DNA of 64,000 nucleotides, from assembly GCA_963824385.1 (NCBI GenBank), contig CAWGPD010000002.1, positions 258,420 to 322,419 of the forward strand. Reading direction: 5' to 3'. The DNA comes from an uncultured Nitrososphaerota archaeon (GTDB lineage Archaea > Thermoproteota > Nitrososphaeria > Nitrososphaerales > Nitrosopumilaceae). The position numbers were made by a program, and so were the translations under genes. The notes beneath the pieces are model-generated. The model was not told where the DNA came from. It did not search any database and was given only the letters and a program-made list of their open reading frames with translations. Below are positions 23,760 to 35,096 of the stretch, in pieces. Numbering within the stretch: position 1 is the stretch's first letter; each line of letters opens with the position of its first letter.

Positions 23760-25112
23760 ATATTCCAAGAATTATTCTTGCAGGTGTTACAAGCGGAGTG
23801 GGCAAGACATCTATAACAACTGCAATAATCCACGGTCTAAAGGAAAAGGGATACTCGGTTCAGCCCTTTAAGGTGGGACCGGACTTTATAGATCCTAGTT
23901 ACCTCAGACTCTGTCTCAGGAAAAGTTGCCCGCAATCTTGATGTCTGGATGATGGGAAAAAGTGGAGTTTTGAAGAATTTCATCCAAAATTCACGCCAAG
24001 ACATTTCTGTTATTGAGGGGGTAATGGGATACTACGATGGATTTGACGGAAAATCAAGCTTTGCAAGCACATATGATGTTGCAAATATAACAAAATCTAG
24101 TGTTATACTTGTTTTGGATGCAAGCAAAGCCGCTCGCTCTGTTGCTGCAACCGCACTTGGATTTGAAAATTTTGAGAAAAACTCTAGAATTTGTGGTGTC
24201 ATACTAAATAAAATTGGAAGCAAAAAACACGAAACTCTGTGCAGGGATGCACTAAAAAAAGTAGGGCTTCCAATACTTGGAGTCATCCCAAGAAACAATG
24301 ATCTCAAGCTTGAATCAAGGCATCTTGGATTAATACCTGTAAGAGAAAAGCAATCTCTTGATAGAAAAATCAAGTCTATTGCAAAATCACTTTCAGGTTT
24401 TATTGAAATTGAAAAAATAATTAAACTTGCCAAAGGCGGACCTGATCTGCCCAAAGTACCTAATCCAAAAGATAGGAAAACACAAACCAGAATAGCAGTG
24501 GCTATGGATGAGTCCTTTAATTTCTACTATCAGGATAATCTAGACTCGTTAAAAAGACTTGGTGCAGAAATTGTATTCTTTAGTCCAGTTTCAGATAAAA
24601 AAATACCACCATGTGATGGAATCTACATTGGAGGTGGATTTCCAGAAGTCAAAGGAAATCTACTCCAAAGAAATGATATCATGAAGAAATTGATAAAAAA
24701 ATATGCCCAAGATGGAATGCCAATTTATGCAGAGTGTGGAGGTTTGATGTATCTGACCAAACTCATAAGTTACAAGTCTGGAAAATTCAAGATGGTAGGG
24801 CTTTTTGATGCTGTTACTGTAATGGAAAAGAAATTAAAACTAAATTATACCAGTGCCAAGTTAGGACCAAATTCCCCATTTTCCTTGCAATCAAAAACTA
24901 TCAAGGGTCACGAGTTTCATTATTCTGAACTGGATTTGTTGTCAAAAGATTCAAAATTTGCATATGAGATGTCCATTGGTATTGGCATCAAAGATAAAAA
25001 AGATGGCTTGACAGTATACAATACACTTGCGTCATACATGCATGTGCACTTTGATGGCTCTCCAATTGCTTCCAACTTTGTAAAATCATGCATATCTTAT
25101 TCAAGAAAGTAA
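23756..25112 (+). CDS. cbiA: Cobyrinate a,c-diamide synthase (frameshift near 23905)
   Basis: [50 protein letters not shown]. Confidence 0.92.
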
Positions 25113-25113
25113 A

Positions 25114-25752
25114 CTAAGATTTTGATCTTGCTGCAAGAATTTTGTAAAGTGCATTGATAATTGCAGAGGCACATGGACTGCCTCCCTTTCTTCCAATGTT
25201 TGTGATATATGGTACATTTGTGGTACGAAGCTCATCCTTTGACTCTACTGCACAGACAAATCCCACAGGAATTCCAATTACAAGTGCAGGAGACGTTATG
25301 CCCTCTTTAATCATCTGTATTACCTCGATGAGTGCAGTAGGTGCATTGCCTATTACTACGATTCCATGGTCCATCTGCTTTGCTGCTAGTCTCATTGAAG
25401 TCTGGGCACGTGTCTTGTTGAGTTTTTTTGCTTCCTCTACTACCTGAGGATCTGATATACTGCATATCACCTGATTTCCAAATTTTTTCATATTGTCCTT
25501 ATTAAAACCGCCTATAACACCATTGACATCAACTATGATATTGCATCCTTTTTGTAATGCATCTATGGCGCTCTGTATTGCATCCTTGTGAAACACAACC
25601 TTGTTCTGTCTTGCAAAATCAAAATCTGCAGTAGAGTGAATTATTCTTTTTACTATTATCCATTCCTCAGGTGAATATGGATGAAAGCCAATCTCGCTAT
25701 CTATTATCTCCATACTCTTGTCTTCTATTGACTGACCCTTTTGAGTAATCAT
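25114..25752 (-). CDS. cbiC: Precorrin-8X methylmutase
   Basis: RIIHSTADF, IGNAPTAL, IPVGFV..ESK, GRKGGS. Confidence 0.93.
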   Translation of the reverse strand: MITQKGQSIEDKSMEIIDSEIGFHPYSPEEWIIVKRIIHSTADFDFARQNKVVFHKDAIQSAIDALQKGCNIIVDVNGVIGGFNKDNMKKFGNQVICSISDPQVVEEAKKLNKTRAQTSMRLAAKQMDHGIVVIGNAPTALIEVIQMIKEGITSPALVIGIPVGFVCAVESKDELRTTNVPYITNIGRKGGSPCASAIINALYKILAARSKS

Positions 25753-26495
25753 GTCTCTACCTCTTGGGCTCTCTCAATAATCAGGTCAATCATCTTCTGA
25801 TCAGTTCCTATGTGTTGTGTAATCAAAACTTTTTTCAGCTTGTGCTTTTCCAATGCTGGCCTAAGATCAGCATTGATATCTGTTTTTACATGTGCCCCCT
25901 CATGTAAAAAGTAAAAGACAACCACAAGAACTTCTGGATCTCTTTTCTTGCAGATTTCTATTCCTTGTTCTATGTTTGGCTCTTCGATCTCAAGAAAACA
26001 ATAATCTACATTTCTATACAAATGACCAAGTTCATCTACCACATATTTTATTGACATTTTTGCATTAGGATCCTTACTTCCATGTCCTATTACCAAGACG
26101 TCTACTTTGTCATTTGCTAGTGAGACTTTATCTTTGTCAAGTGCCGATTTGATCCTGCTTTCAACTAGTCTTACAAGAGTCATGTGCATGGACATGGGTT
26201 TTGTGACAAGAAACTTGACACTCGTTGTTGTCTGATATTTCATGACTTCTGTAACAGCTGCCTTTACTTTTTTTCCTGGATACAAAAAGTACGGCACTAT
26301 GGTAAGATAATCTATATCACTTTTTAAGCACTTTTTAATTCCGTCTTCGATGTATGGTGGTGTTACTTCTAGAAAACAGTATTCAGCAAAATCATAACCG
26401 CCTTTCTTCTTTATTTCCTTGCAAATAGTTTCAAGCTCCTCGCTGACTTCTCTTTCCTTACTTCCTCTATCTATTAACAAAAGTCCACGCTTCAA
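25749..26495 (-). CDS. cbiX: Sirohydrochlorin cobaltochelatase (two-domain CbiX)
   Basis: RGSK/HGSK, CFLE..P, YFL..G.HV duplicated pattern within a cobalamin cluster. Confidence 0.85.
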   Translation of the reverse strand: MKRGLLLIDRGSKEREVSEELETICKEIKKKGGYDFAEYCFLEVTPPYIEDGIKKCLKSDIDYLTIVPYFLYPGKKVKAAVTEVMKYQTTTSVKFLVTKPMSMHMTLVRLVESRIKSALDKDKVSLANDKVDVLVIGHGSKDPNAKMSIKYVVDELGHLYRNVDYCFLEIEEPNIEQGIEICKKRDPEVLVVVFYFLHEGAHVKTDINADLRPALEKHKLKKVLITQHIGTDQKMIDLIIERAQEVET

Positions 26496-27558
26496 TTTGT
26501 TCTCCTTGCTATTGCAATTGTAAGGTTTGGAGGAAATTTATGTTTCTGTACAATCAACTCTCCTCCTGAGGCCTTGATTGCAGCAGACTTCTGATACACT
26601 TGGTGTGCCCTCAAACGTTTGCACAATATCTGAGGGATTGGGTATGCTTATGGCAGAAAGTTCTGTCTTGTCAAAATACTCCAATGGCACATTCATCTCA
26701 TCTGATAACTCCTGTAATCCCTTTACATCATCGTCTTTTTTAATTGATGCAAATTTTGCAACTGATTTTGGACTCATCTTGAATTTAGACAAGCAAAAAT
26801 TCATTCCTTCCCTAATGGTATCTTTAGTGGTATCCCAATGTAGGCCTACTCCAACAACTAGAGTCTTTGGCCTGTAAATGACAATGCGATCTTGGATTTC
26901 CTTGTTTTCTATTATTTTATCAGAAATTATAAGAAATCCCTTACAGTCAGATGATATCATCTCATCAAATGATTTGTAAATGTGAACATTTTTTGGGAGA
27001 CTCTTTTTTTGGTAACCACCAATCTTTTTCTCCTGCGTCTTGAAAGACACCAATTTTTTCTTCATTTACCATAAACGCACTAACCTTTGTTACGCTAGAA
27101 GTTTCATCAATACTCCAACCAAATTCCCTTCCAAGTAGGTCTACTGCAATTGTCTTGTTCACATCTGCCGCAGTAGTAATAACTGGAATGGCACCAATCG
27201 AAGAAGCTATTTTCTCGGCAAGATCATTTGCACCTCCCAGGTGGCCAGAGAGTGTGCTTATGACAAATTTTGCAGTATCATCAATGACTACTACTGCAGG
27301 ATCTGTTTTTTTGTCTATCATATGTGGTGCAATCAATCTTATCACTGCACCAAGGGAAAAAATGCATACTAGTGCTTCATTATTTTGGAACAACTCTTTT
27401 ACCTTAAGGGTGGTTGATTCATCAAACCACTCTATGTCTTTTCCATCTTGGCGAAGCTTTGAGGGGGAAAATATCTTCCATGTTGGAAAATGTTGTTTGA
27501 GCAAATGTGCTGTAGCAATACCGTTTTTTGTTATGGCAATTATTGCTACGTTTTCCAC
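26492..27558 (-). CDS. cbiG: Cobalt-precorrin-5A hydrolase (frameshifts near 27005 and 26580)
   Basis: KKTDPAVVVID, LSGHLGGAN, PVITTA; VGVG, SVSE; C-terminal LTIAIAR. Confidence 0.9.
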
Positions 27559-27570
27559 AATGTAATTTTT

Positions 27571-28686
27571 CTAGGTCTTAAGATATTTGTTACTCTTTGG
27601 AAAAACCCCTATTACCTTACCGTCAAAATCAAACATTATAACCTCAATCTCAAACTTGTTATCAGAATATTTTCCTAGTTGTTTGTGCGCCTCTGAGCAA
27701 ACAATGTCAAAATAGCCAGAAATGTTTTTTTCATTTATAATATCAAATACATGCCTTGCAGTGTTTGCCTTTTTGATATTATCTACTACCTCTTGTGATG
27801 CCTTGCATCTCTTGGCCAAATCTGCAAGAAATTCCATGTCTACCTTTGAGCCCTTTACATGAGTCTGTTTTACCCCCATTGCCATTTTTGCTAACTTTCC
27901 GATAAATCCAGCAACATATGCTTTCTTGATGTCTTTCTTTGCACAAACCTGTACGGTATATCCTGAAAAATCTCCCATTTGTACAAAACAATGGTCTGGC
28001 AAATTAATTATCTTTCTTGCAAAATCTTCACTTCTTCCACCTGTTGTTAAAACAACAGTATCATCTCCCATTGCTCTAGTAACTTCGATACTCTGTCTAA
28101 TTGCTGCAGCAAATGATGCTGTAGAATATGGAACAACTATGCCACTTGTTCCAAGAATTGAAATGCCTCCGATAATCCCAAGTCTTGGGTTGTCTGTCTT
28201 GAGTGCAAGATCTCTTCCCTTTGGTACTGATATCAATACTCTGATTCCATTTTTTACAAGAAGATCTTTTGCTACTTCCAAAATGTTTTCTTTAATCATC
28301 TTTTTTGGAGTTGGGTTTATAGCAGCAGTACCTATCTCTAATCCTAATCCGGGTTTGGTAACTCTGCCAACTCCTTCTCCTCCATCAATTTCAATCTCTC
28401 CTGGTTTTTCAGTAAGTGAGATCTCTGTTACAATTTCAGCTCCATGAGTGACATCGGGATCATCTCCGCCATCTTTTATCACTATACATGTAGAACTGTT
28501 TTCACTAAATTTACAATCTTCAATTTTTATTCGAATCTGAGATTTTTTGGGTAAGGTAACCTCGACAGAATCTATCTTTTTTTGATCTATGATTGCAAGT
28601 ATTCCAGCTTTTGCACCAGCCGTTGCAGAGGTTCCCGTGGTAAAACCTGTTCTCATCTTTCCTTTTGGTTTCTCTTCTTCTCCCAT
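27571..28686 (-). CDS. cbiD: Cobalt-precorrin-5B C1-methyltransferase
   Basis: RTGFTTGTSA, KDGGDDPDVTHG, NPRLGIIGGISILGTSG. Confidence 0.95.
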   Translation of the reverse strand: MGEEEKPKGKMRTGFTTGTSATAGAKAGILAIIDQKKIDSVEVTLPKKSQIRIKIEDCKFSENSSTCIVIKDGGDDPDVTHGAEIVTEISLTEKPGEIEIDGGEGVGRVTKPGLGLEIGTAAINPTPKKMIKENILEVAKDLLVKNGIRVLISVPKGRDLALKTDNPRLGIIGGISILGTSGIVVPYSTASFAAAIRQSIEVTRAMGDDTVVLTTGGRSEDFARKIINLPDHCFVQMGDFSGYTVQVCAKKDIKKAYVAGFIGKLAKMAMGVKQTHVKGSKVDMEFLADLAKRCKASQEVVDNIKKANTARHVFDIINEKNISGYFDIVCSEAHKQLGKYSDNKFEIEVIMFDFDGKVIGVFPKSNKYLKT

Positions 28687-28726
28687 GAAGATGACTTAAT
28701 TTCTTATGTATTAATCCCTTATCAGA

Positions 28727-29167
28727 TTATTTCAATATGCTTGATAGAATTATCCAAAGGGCAATTGCTCCTAATCCTCCATAAAGTATTAAATGAGTAC
28801 TCATTGGGGAGGATTTTTTTTCTTGGTTATGTTCATAGTCTTGAGTAACTTTTGCCCCAAACTCATGTCTAAATTCAGCAAAGTTTGCTCCAAAATTAAA
28901 TTCCTCACTTGTGTCCTTGTTATACTTTTTCCAAAAATCAGAATATTTTGCAGCTACCTCACTTTCTGAAATCTTGTCCTTTTTCTTCTCGTTATTTCTT
29001 AATTGCTGATACGCCTCAATTATCTTCTTGAATCTCTCTTCATTCTTGTCGTCCTTATTCCTATCCGGATGATACTTTAGTGAAAGTTGTCTGTATGCAT
29101 TCTTTATCTCCTTTTGTGAAGCTCCTACTTGGATGCCTAAGATCTGATGGCAGTCTACTATATTCAA
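28727..29167 (-). CDS. J-domain protein with C-terminal TM helix
   Basis: IKNAYRQLSLKYHPDRN. Confidence 0.88.
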   Translation of the reverse strand: MNIVDCHQILGIQVGASQKEIKNAYRQLSLKYHPDRNKDDKNEERFKKIIEAYQQLRNNEKKKDKISESEVAAKYSDFWKKYNKDTSEEFNFGANFAEFRHEFGAKVTQDYEHNQEKKSSPMSTHLILYGGLGAIALWIILSSILK

Positions 29168-29225
29168 CTATCATATTATACGATGAAGACCAAAATTAAT
29201 TTGTCGGCATTAATCTCTGTTTTGT

Positions 29226-30096
29226 ATGAAACAAAGTAGATCAGTGGTAATTACTGGCGCAAATGGCTTTGTGGGAAGAAATGTAGGCAAGTTTCTTTCA
29301 AAAGATGGATTTGATGTTATAGGTCTGGTACGCAAAGGAAATGAAAAGTCAATAAACTTTGCAAGAGTAATATCGTCTGAGACATTATCTGAAAATTATC
29401 TTGTATCAAAAATAAAAGGTTGCAGTGCATTATTGCATTTTATAGGTCAAGGAAGACAAACTGTAGATTCAGATTATGAAAAGGTAAATGTCTCTCTTAC
29501 AAAAAATGTCATTAAACTATGTAAAAAAGCAAGGATAAAAAAAATAATTTACATTAGCGGTCTTGGAGTTGATAAATCCTCATACTCTTGGTTATTTTAT
29601 TTCAAAATACAAAGCTGAACAAGAAATAATCCACTCTGGACTTGATTATACTATTTTTAGAGCATCATATATAATAGGAAAAGATGATCCTCTCTCAAAA
29701 AATCTACAAAGACAAATAAGAAAAGGCAAAGTTGTGATTCCTGGTTCTGGTAATTATAGATTCCAGCCAATCTTTGTTGGCGACGTAGCAAAAATTATTA
29801 TCAAATCAATTGTGGAGAATTCTTTTTCAAATAAAATACTTGATTTGGCAGGGCCTCAAACAGTACGCTACAATACTTTTGTCAGACAATTCATTGGCGC
29901 AAAAAAAATAGAGATAAAAAAAATAGATTTTGAATCTGTCTATCATGATGCTTTGCACAATAAGGGTTCATTTGGTATTGATGATCTAAGCATAATGATT
30001 GGTGATTATGTTGGAAATCATGAAAAACTTGCAAGTCTTGCACAAATGAAATTTACAAAATATGGTAAAGTCTTAAAGTCCAGCAGCCTTTCTTAA
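29226..30096 (+). CDS. NAD-dependent epimerase/dehydratase (extended SDR), frameshift near 29580
   Basis: [14 protein letters not shown] (YxxxK); QPIFVGDVA. Confidence 0.85.
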
Positions 30097-31236
30097 TACT
30101 TCTGCCTTGTCTGTCTTTTCCCACGTAAATTCAGGTTCATTTCTTCCAAAATGTCCATACGCTGCAGTCTTTCGGTAAATTGCATTCTTTAATTTTAACT
30201 GGGAAATAATAGCAGAAGGTCTCATGTCGAAATGTTTTCTTACTATGTTTTCAATCTGCTCTTCAGGAATCTTATTTGTTTCAAACGTGTTTACCATGAG
30301 AGAGACTGGTTCTGCCACCCCAATTGCATATGCAACTTGTACTTCACATTTATCCGCAAGACCTGCTGCAACAACATTCTTTGCTATGTATCTGCACATG
30401 TAACATGCTGATCTGTCTACCTTTGATGGATCTTTTCCAGAAAAAGCGCCACCCCCATGTCTTCCCATGCCACCATAAGTATCAACAATTATCTTTCTAC
30501 CTGTAAGTCCTGCATCTCCTGGAGGCCCTCCTATGACAAATCTGCCAGTTGGATTTACGTGAATCTTAATCTTGTCATCCCACAATTTTCCACAAACTGG
30601 TTTGATTACTTTTTCAATTATCTCTTTTCTAATTTGCTCATTTGTAATCTCGGGAGAATGCTGTGTTGAAATAACGATAGCGTCTATGCGTTTTGGTTTA
30701 CCGTCCTCATATTCTACTGTAACCTGAGACTTGCCATCTGGTCTTGCCCATGGAAGTTCTTTTGTCTTTCTTGCGTCTGCAAGACGTTTTGTTAGTTTAT
30801 GTGCAAGTAAAATTGGCATGGGCATCAAATCCTCTGTCTCATTTGTTGCATATCCAAACATGAGACCTTGGTCTCCAGCTCCTTGATCTTTATTGTCATT
30901 TGCAGTAACTCCCATTGATATGTCAGGGCTCTGTGCATGAAGTGAAACTAAAACACTGCAAGAATCTGCATCAAAACCATATAGTGGATTGTCATATCCA
31001 ATCTCTCTGATTGTTTTTCTTACTATATCCTGTATGTCAAATCTTGCCTTTGAGGTAACTTCACCAGCTACTACGACAACACCTGTAGTAGTCAAAGTCT
31101 CTACTGCTACTCTTGAATCAGGATCTTGTTTTAAAAATTCGTCCAAAACTGCATCAGATATCTGGTCACAAATCTTGTCTGGATGACCCTCTGTAACTGA
31201 TTCTGAAGTAAATAGGTAGCTTCTAGGAGAGGCCAT
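30073..31236 (-). CDS. metK: S-adenosylmethionine synthetase (bacterial/eukaryotic type)
   Basis: [35 protein letters not shown]. Confidence 0.96.
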   Translation of the reverse strand: MASPRSYLFTSESVTEGHPDKICDQISDAVLDEFLKQDPDSRVAVETLTTTGVVVVAGEVTSKARFDIQDIVRKTIREIGYDNPLYGFDADSCSVLVSLHAQSPDISMGVTANDNKDQGAGDQGLMFGYATNETEDLMPMPILLAHKLTKRLADARKTKELPWARPDGKSQVTVEYEDGKPKRIDAIVISTQHSPEITNEQIRKEIIEKVIKPVCGKLWDDKIKIHVNPTGRFVIGGPPGDAGLTGRKIIVDTYGGMGRHGGGAFSGKDPSKVDRSACYMCRYIAKNVVAAGLADKCEVQVAYAIGVAEPVSLMVNTFETNKIPEEQIENIVRKHFDMRPSAIISQLKLKNAIYRKTAAYGHFGRNEPEFTWEKTDKAEVLRKAAGL

Positions 31237-31247
31237 GATTGAATTTC

Positions 31248-31493
31248 CTATAACTCATTTTCTAGTTTTATGAAAAGTACGTTGTTTCCTCTAACTATGA
31301 CTCTGCCGTAATTTGCAATAATTTTTCCATTGCTTATCTCCTCCGCATCTGTCATTATGAGATTCATGTACGAATCTACGTTATTCATTTTGCCTTTGTA
31401 TTCTATCTCACTTTTTAGTCGGACTGTAACTTTTTTGTTAATCCCTTTTTGAAGTGTAGTTAAAGGTCTCTTTGGAGTTGCTGCTTGTGACAA
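31248..31493 (-). CDS. Sm/Lsm-family RNA-binding protein
   Basis: [21 protein letters not shown]. Confidence 0.92.
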   Translation of the reverse strand: MSQAATPKRPLTTLQKGINKKVTVRLKSEIEYKGKMNNVDSYMNLIMTDAEEISNGKIIANYGRVIVRGNNVLFIKLENEL

Positions 31494-31589
31494 TCACAAA
31501 TCACTTGTCACCACTGCTTGAAATAGGGAATAAAAGCCTTCCCGATCATCACTTATACTCTTTAATTTCTGATAATTTCTAGATAACAA

Positions 31590-32240
31590 TTGATTTCCAC
31601 TGGTATTGCAGGGCTTGATAATCTGCTTGGGGGTGGCATAGTAGGCGGTATGATAATTGATATTTTTGGACCTGGAGGAAGTGGAAAGACACAACTTGCA
31701 ATGCAGATTTCTCTAAATTCATTACAGGATGGAACCGTATTATACCAAGATACTACCGGTGGATTTAGACCCGAAAGGATGTTGCAACTAATCAAGCTAA
31801 AAAATTTGCAATCCTCGCTTCTTGATAACATGATTGTAGCAAGAGTAACAAATACTGCAGAACAATTTGAGTATATCAAAAAAATATCAGAGCTATCACC
31901 TAAACTGGTCGTAATAGAAAACATAACTGATCTGTTTACATTTGAATATTCCAGGGAAACAAATTCCCTTGAAAAACATGTTAGATTTATGGAGTATATG
32001 CATTTGCTAAGCATGACTTCAATTAATACAAGAATTCCTATAGTTGTAACTAATATTGTAAGAAGTTCAGATGATCAAGAGATTGAATCCTTGAACAAGT
32101 CAATTAGTATGTTCACACATAAGAAGATCAAGCTTGAAAAAGATGGAAAAATATACAAAGCACGGGTATTACCTTCATTTGGGAAAAACAAAGAGATCTT
32201 GTACGAGATAACCCAAGAAGGATTGGCAGAGGTATCTTAA
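31590..32240 (+). CDS. RadA/Rad51-paralog ATPase (RadB-like)
   Basis: ISTG...LDNLLGGG, FGPGGSGKTQ, FRPER; lacks the N-terminal HhH domain of RadA. Confidence 0.8.
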   Translation: MISTGIAGLDNLLGGGIVGGMIIDIFGPGGSGKTQLAMQISLNSLQDGTVLYQDTTGGFRPERMLQLIKLKNLQSSLLDNMIVARVTNTAEQFEYIKKISELSPKLVVIENITDLFTFEYSRETNSLEKHVRFMEYMHLLSMTSINTRIPIVVTNIVRSSDDQEIESLNKSISMFTHKKIKLEKDGKIYKARVLPSFGKNKEILYEITQEGLAEVS

Positions 32241-32271
32241 CCTATTTATCTCTGTAGAAATAACGAATCGC

Positions 32272-32400
32272 ATGGCAGGAATTTTTGACTATATACCAAT
32301 TATATCTGCTGTTTTATTCGGTATTGGTTTAGTTGGTGTGATGGTATACGAACGATCTAGAACAAGACAAAGCGAAGAACCAGAATCAGCTACTACTTGA
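32272..32400 (+). CDS. Small single-TM protein (42 aa)
   Basis: Manual translation MAGIFDYIPIISAVLFGIGLVGVMVYERSRTRQSEEPESATT. Confidence 0.55.
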   Translation: MAGIFDYIPIISAVLFGIGLVGVMVYERSRTRQSEEPESATT

Positions 32401-35096
32401 GTTAGAAGTAAAGTTTCGTAATCTTGGTTTTAAGAGTTTAACTGAGATACAAAAGAAGGCTGTTCCTATAATATTTCAAAAGATTGATTCATTGGTAATT
32501 GCACCAACAGGTTCGGGAAAGACTGAGACTGCTGTAATTCCAATCTTTGCAAGAGTTGCAAAATCAAAAAAACAAGACAAGATCAAAGTATTATACATCA
32601 CTCCACTTCGCGCACTTAACAGGGATGTCTTTAAGAGAATTATTACATATGCTGAAACTGAGGGTCTTCGAATCGAAGTAAGACACGGTGATACATCTCA
32701 ATCAATGAGACGCAAGATAAATCTCTCACCGCCTGACATACTGATAACAACACCTGAAACGATCATAATTTTACTGACGCAAGCTGGAATGCTAAAGGCA
32801 CTTGATGATCTTGAATGGATAATATTAGATGAAGTACACGAACTTTTAGGCAACGAAAGGGGTGCACAACTCTCACTTAGTCTTGAAAGGTTGCAGGCAA
32901 ACACTACACATCCAATCACTAGAGTGGGACTCTCTGCAACAGTAGGAAATACTGGAGAAGCTGGAAAATTTGTAGTTGGAACAAAAAGAAAATGTAAAAT
33001 AATTGAAGATCATTCAATTAGGAAATATGACGTTGAGGTAAAATACATAGAAGGTACAATTACAGATGTAGTAGACCATATCATAGAATATGTCACAAAA
33101 AACTATGCCAATTCTCCGGTTTTGTTATTTACCAACACTAGGGGTGAATCAGAATATCTTGCATCAGTTCTAAAGGAAAGATCTAGTATTGCAATAGAAT
33201 TACACCATGGCTCTCTTTCTCAACAAGTTCGTGAGGAGACAGAAGAGACACTCAAGTCAGGAAAACCTGGTATAGTGGTTTGTACTTCATCACTTGAGCT
33301 TGGTCTTGATATTGGATTCTGTCGAACTTGTAATTCATTATGGTTCACCAAGACAAGTGTCAAAACTTATGCAAAGAATTGGACGAAGCAGACACACAAG
33401 AGGTTCTTCTGCAAAGGGACTGATTGTAACAAATAATCCAGATGATGAGATTGAAGCGCTTGCAATCTTGGAGCGTGTAAAGGAGAAATCCATTGAGGAT
33501 CAGATAGTTCATGATGGTGCACTAGATGTACTTGCACATCATTTGGTAGGAATGTCGATGCAATTTGGAGAGGTCTCAGTTGACTTTGCATTAAATATGA
33601 CAAGACAGGCCTATTCATTTAGAAACATAACTGCAGAAGACCTTCTTGCAGTACTTGAGGTTCTGCATAATGGATCAATTATTTATCTAGACAAGGAAGA
33701 GATGACATTTACAAAAAAAGGCCGCTCATTTAGATACTATTTTGAGAACCTCTCAACAATTCCGGACATTTTAAAATTCAAAGTATTTGATACTGCTTCA
33801 AAGAAAATAATCGGTAGCCTTGACCAGAGATTTGTAGGTGATAATGGCGAACAAGGAAGCGTCTTTGTACTAAGGGGTATGCAATGGAGAATTCTAAACG
33901 TAGATGACAAGTCTTTAAAAGTAAATGTAGAGCCCATCCAGTCTGCTGGAATTAACGTACCATACTGGGAAGGTGAGAACATTCCAGTTGACTATAATAC
34001 GGCAAAAAAAGTTGGCATGGTCAGAACAAGGACAATTGTCACACATTTTACAAATAAAATAATGGATAACCTAAAACTTGATGTAATTCCAGACGAAAAA
34101 AACATTGTTGTTGAATCACAACGAGTGAGAAATACCGTCGTAATACATTCCTGTTTTGGAACTAGGATAAATTCTACACTTGCAATGTTGCTTTCTGCAA
34201 TGCTCTCTGCCAAAAGTGGATATCTTGTAAACTCTAGGTCTGATGCATATAGAATCATGCTTTCATCAAATGGGAGGATATTGGAAAAAGCTGTTATTGA
34301 TACTCTTGTAGATGATTATGATCTTCAAGAAATTGTACAAGCCTCACTTGCTGGGACACATAATGTAAACTGGAGAACTTGGTGTGTGGCAAAAAAGTTT
34401 GGAATCGTGGGAAGGGAGGCAGTCTATGACAGAAAATCTGCAAGATTCTTGTATGAAAAATATTCCAAGACGGCACTTGCAAAAGAGGCACTAAGGGAAT
34501 TATATCATGACAAGTATGATCTGCAAAACACCTCCCAATTACTCCAAGATATAAAATCAAACAAGATTAAAATTACATGGGTTGAAGTTGATGGTTTTTC
34601 AAAACTTGCAGAGCCTATACTTGATCATACAACAAAATACTATGCATCTCCTGCAAACATGGACAAGGGAATACTTGATCTGGTAAAATCTAGACTCTTA
34701 AAGACACGACACAGGCTGGTATGTGTAAGGTGTGGCAAGTGGGAAAAAGTAGTTGAGACAGGTCAGATAAATGAGATTCCATCCTGTCCATATTGCAAGT
34801 CACGGCAGATATCTGCTACATTTTACTCTGATTATGATCTGCCAAAAATAGTGCAAAAAAAGGTTGCAGGAAAAAAAATTACCGCTGAAGAGAACCACAA
34901 GTTTACTCGAGCCTGGAAGGTATCATCACTTCTTGCAAACTTTGGCAAGACAGCACTTGTTGTGATATCAGGCTATGGAGTAGGAGCTGACACTGCTGCA
35001 AGGATACTACGAAACATGGTTGGAGAAGAAGAACTCTATAAACAAATTTACGAAGCAGAACGACAATATGTTACAACTAGGGGATTTTGGGATTAG
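32399..35096 (+). CDS. lhr: Lhr-like SF2 DEAD/DEAH helicase (start uncertain; frameshift near 33313)
   Basis: APTGSGKT, PLRAL, DEVH, SAT, HHGS, SLELGLD, QRIGRS; frame extends upstream of the TTG at 32492 through a Q-motif (GFKSLTEIQ). Confidence 0.9.

Noticed and set aside
21892..28686. Cobalamin cluster as a novel system
   Set aside because: Cobalamin biosynthesis is a well-known core trait of ammonia-oxidising archaea.
30073..30096. Convergent 3' overlap of the epimerase and metK
   Set aside because: Short tail-to-tail overlaps are common in compact archaeal genomes.
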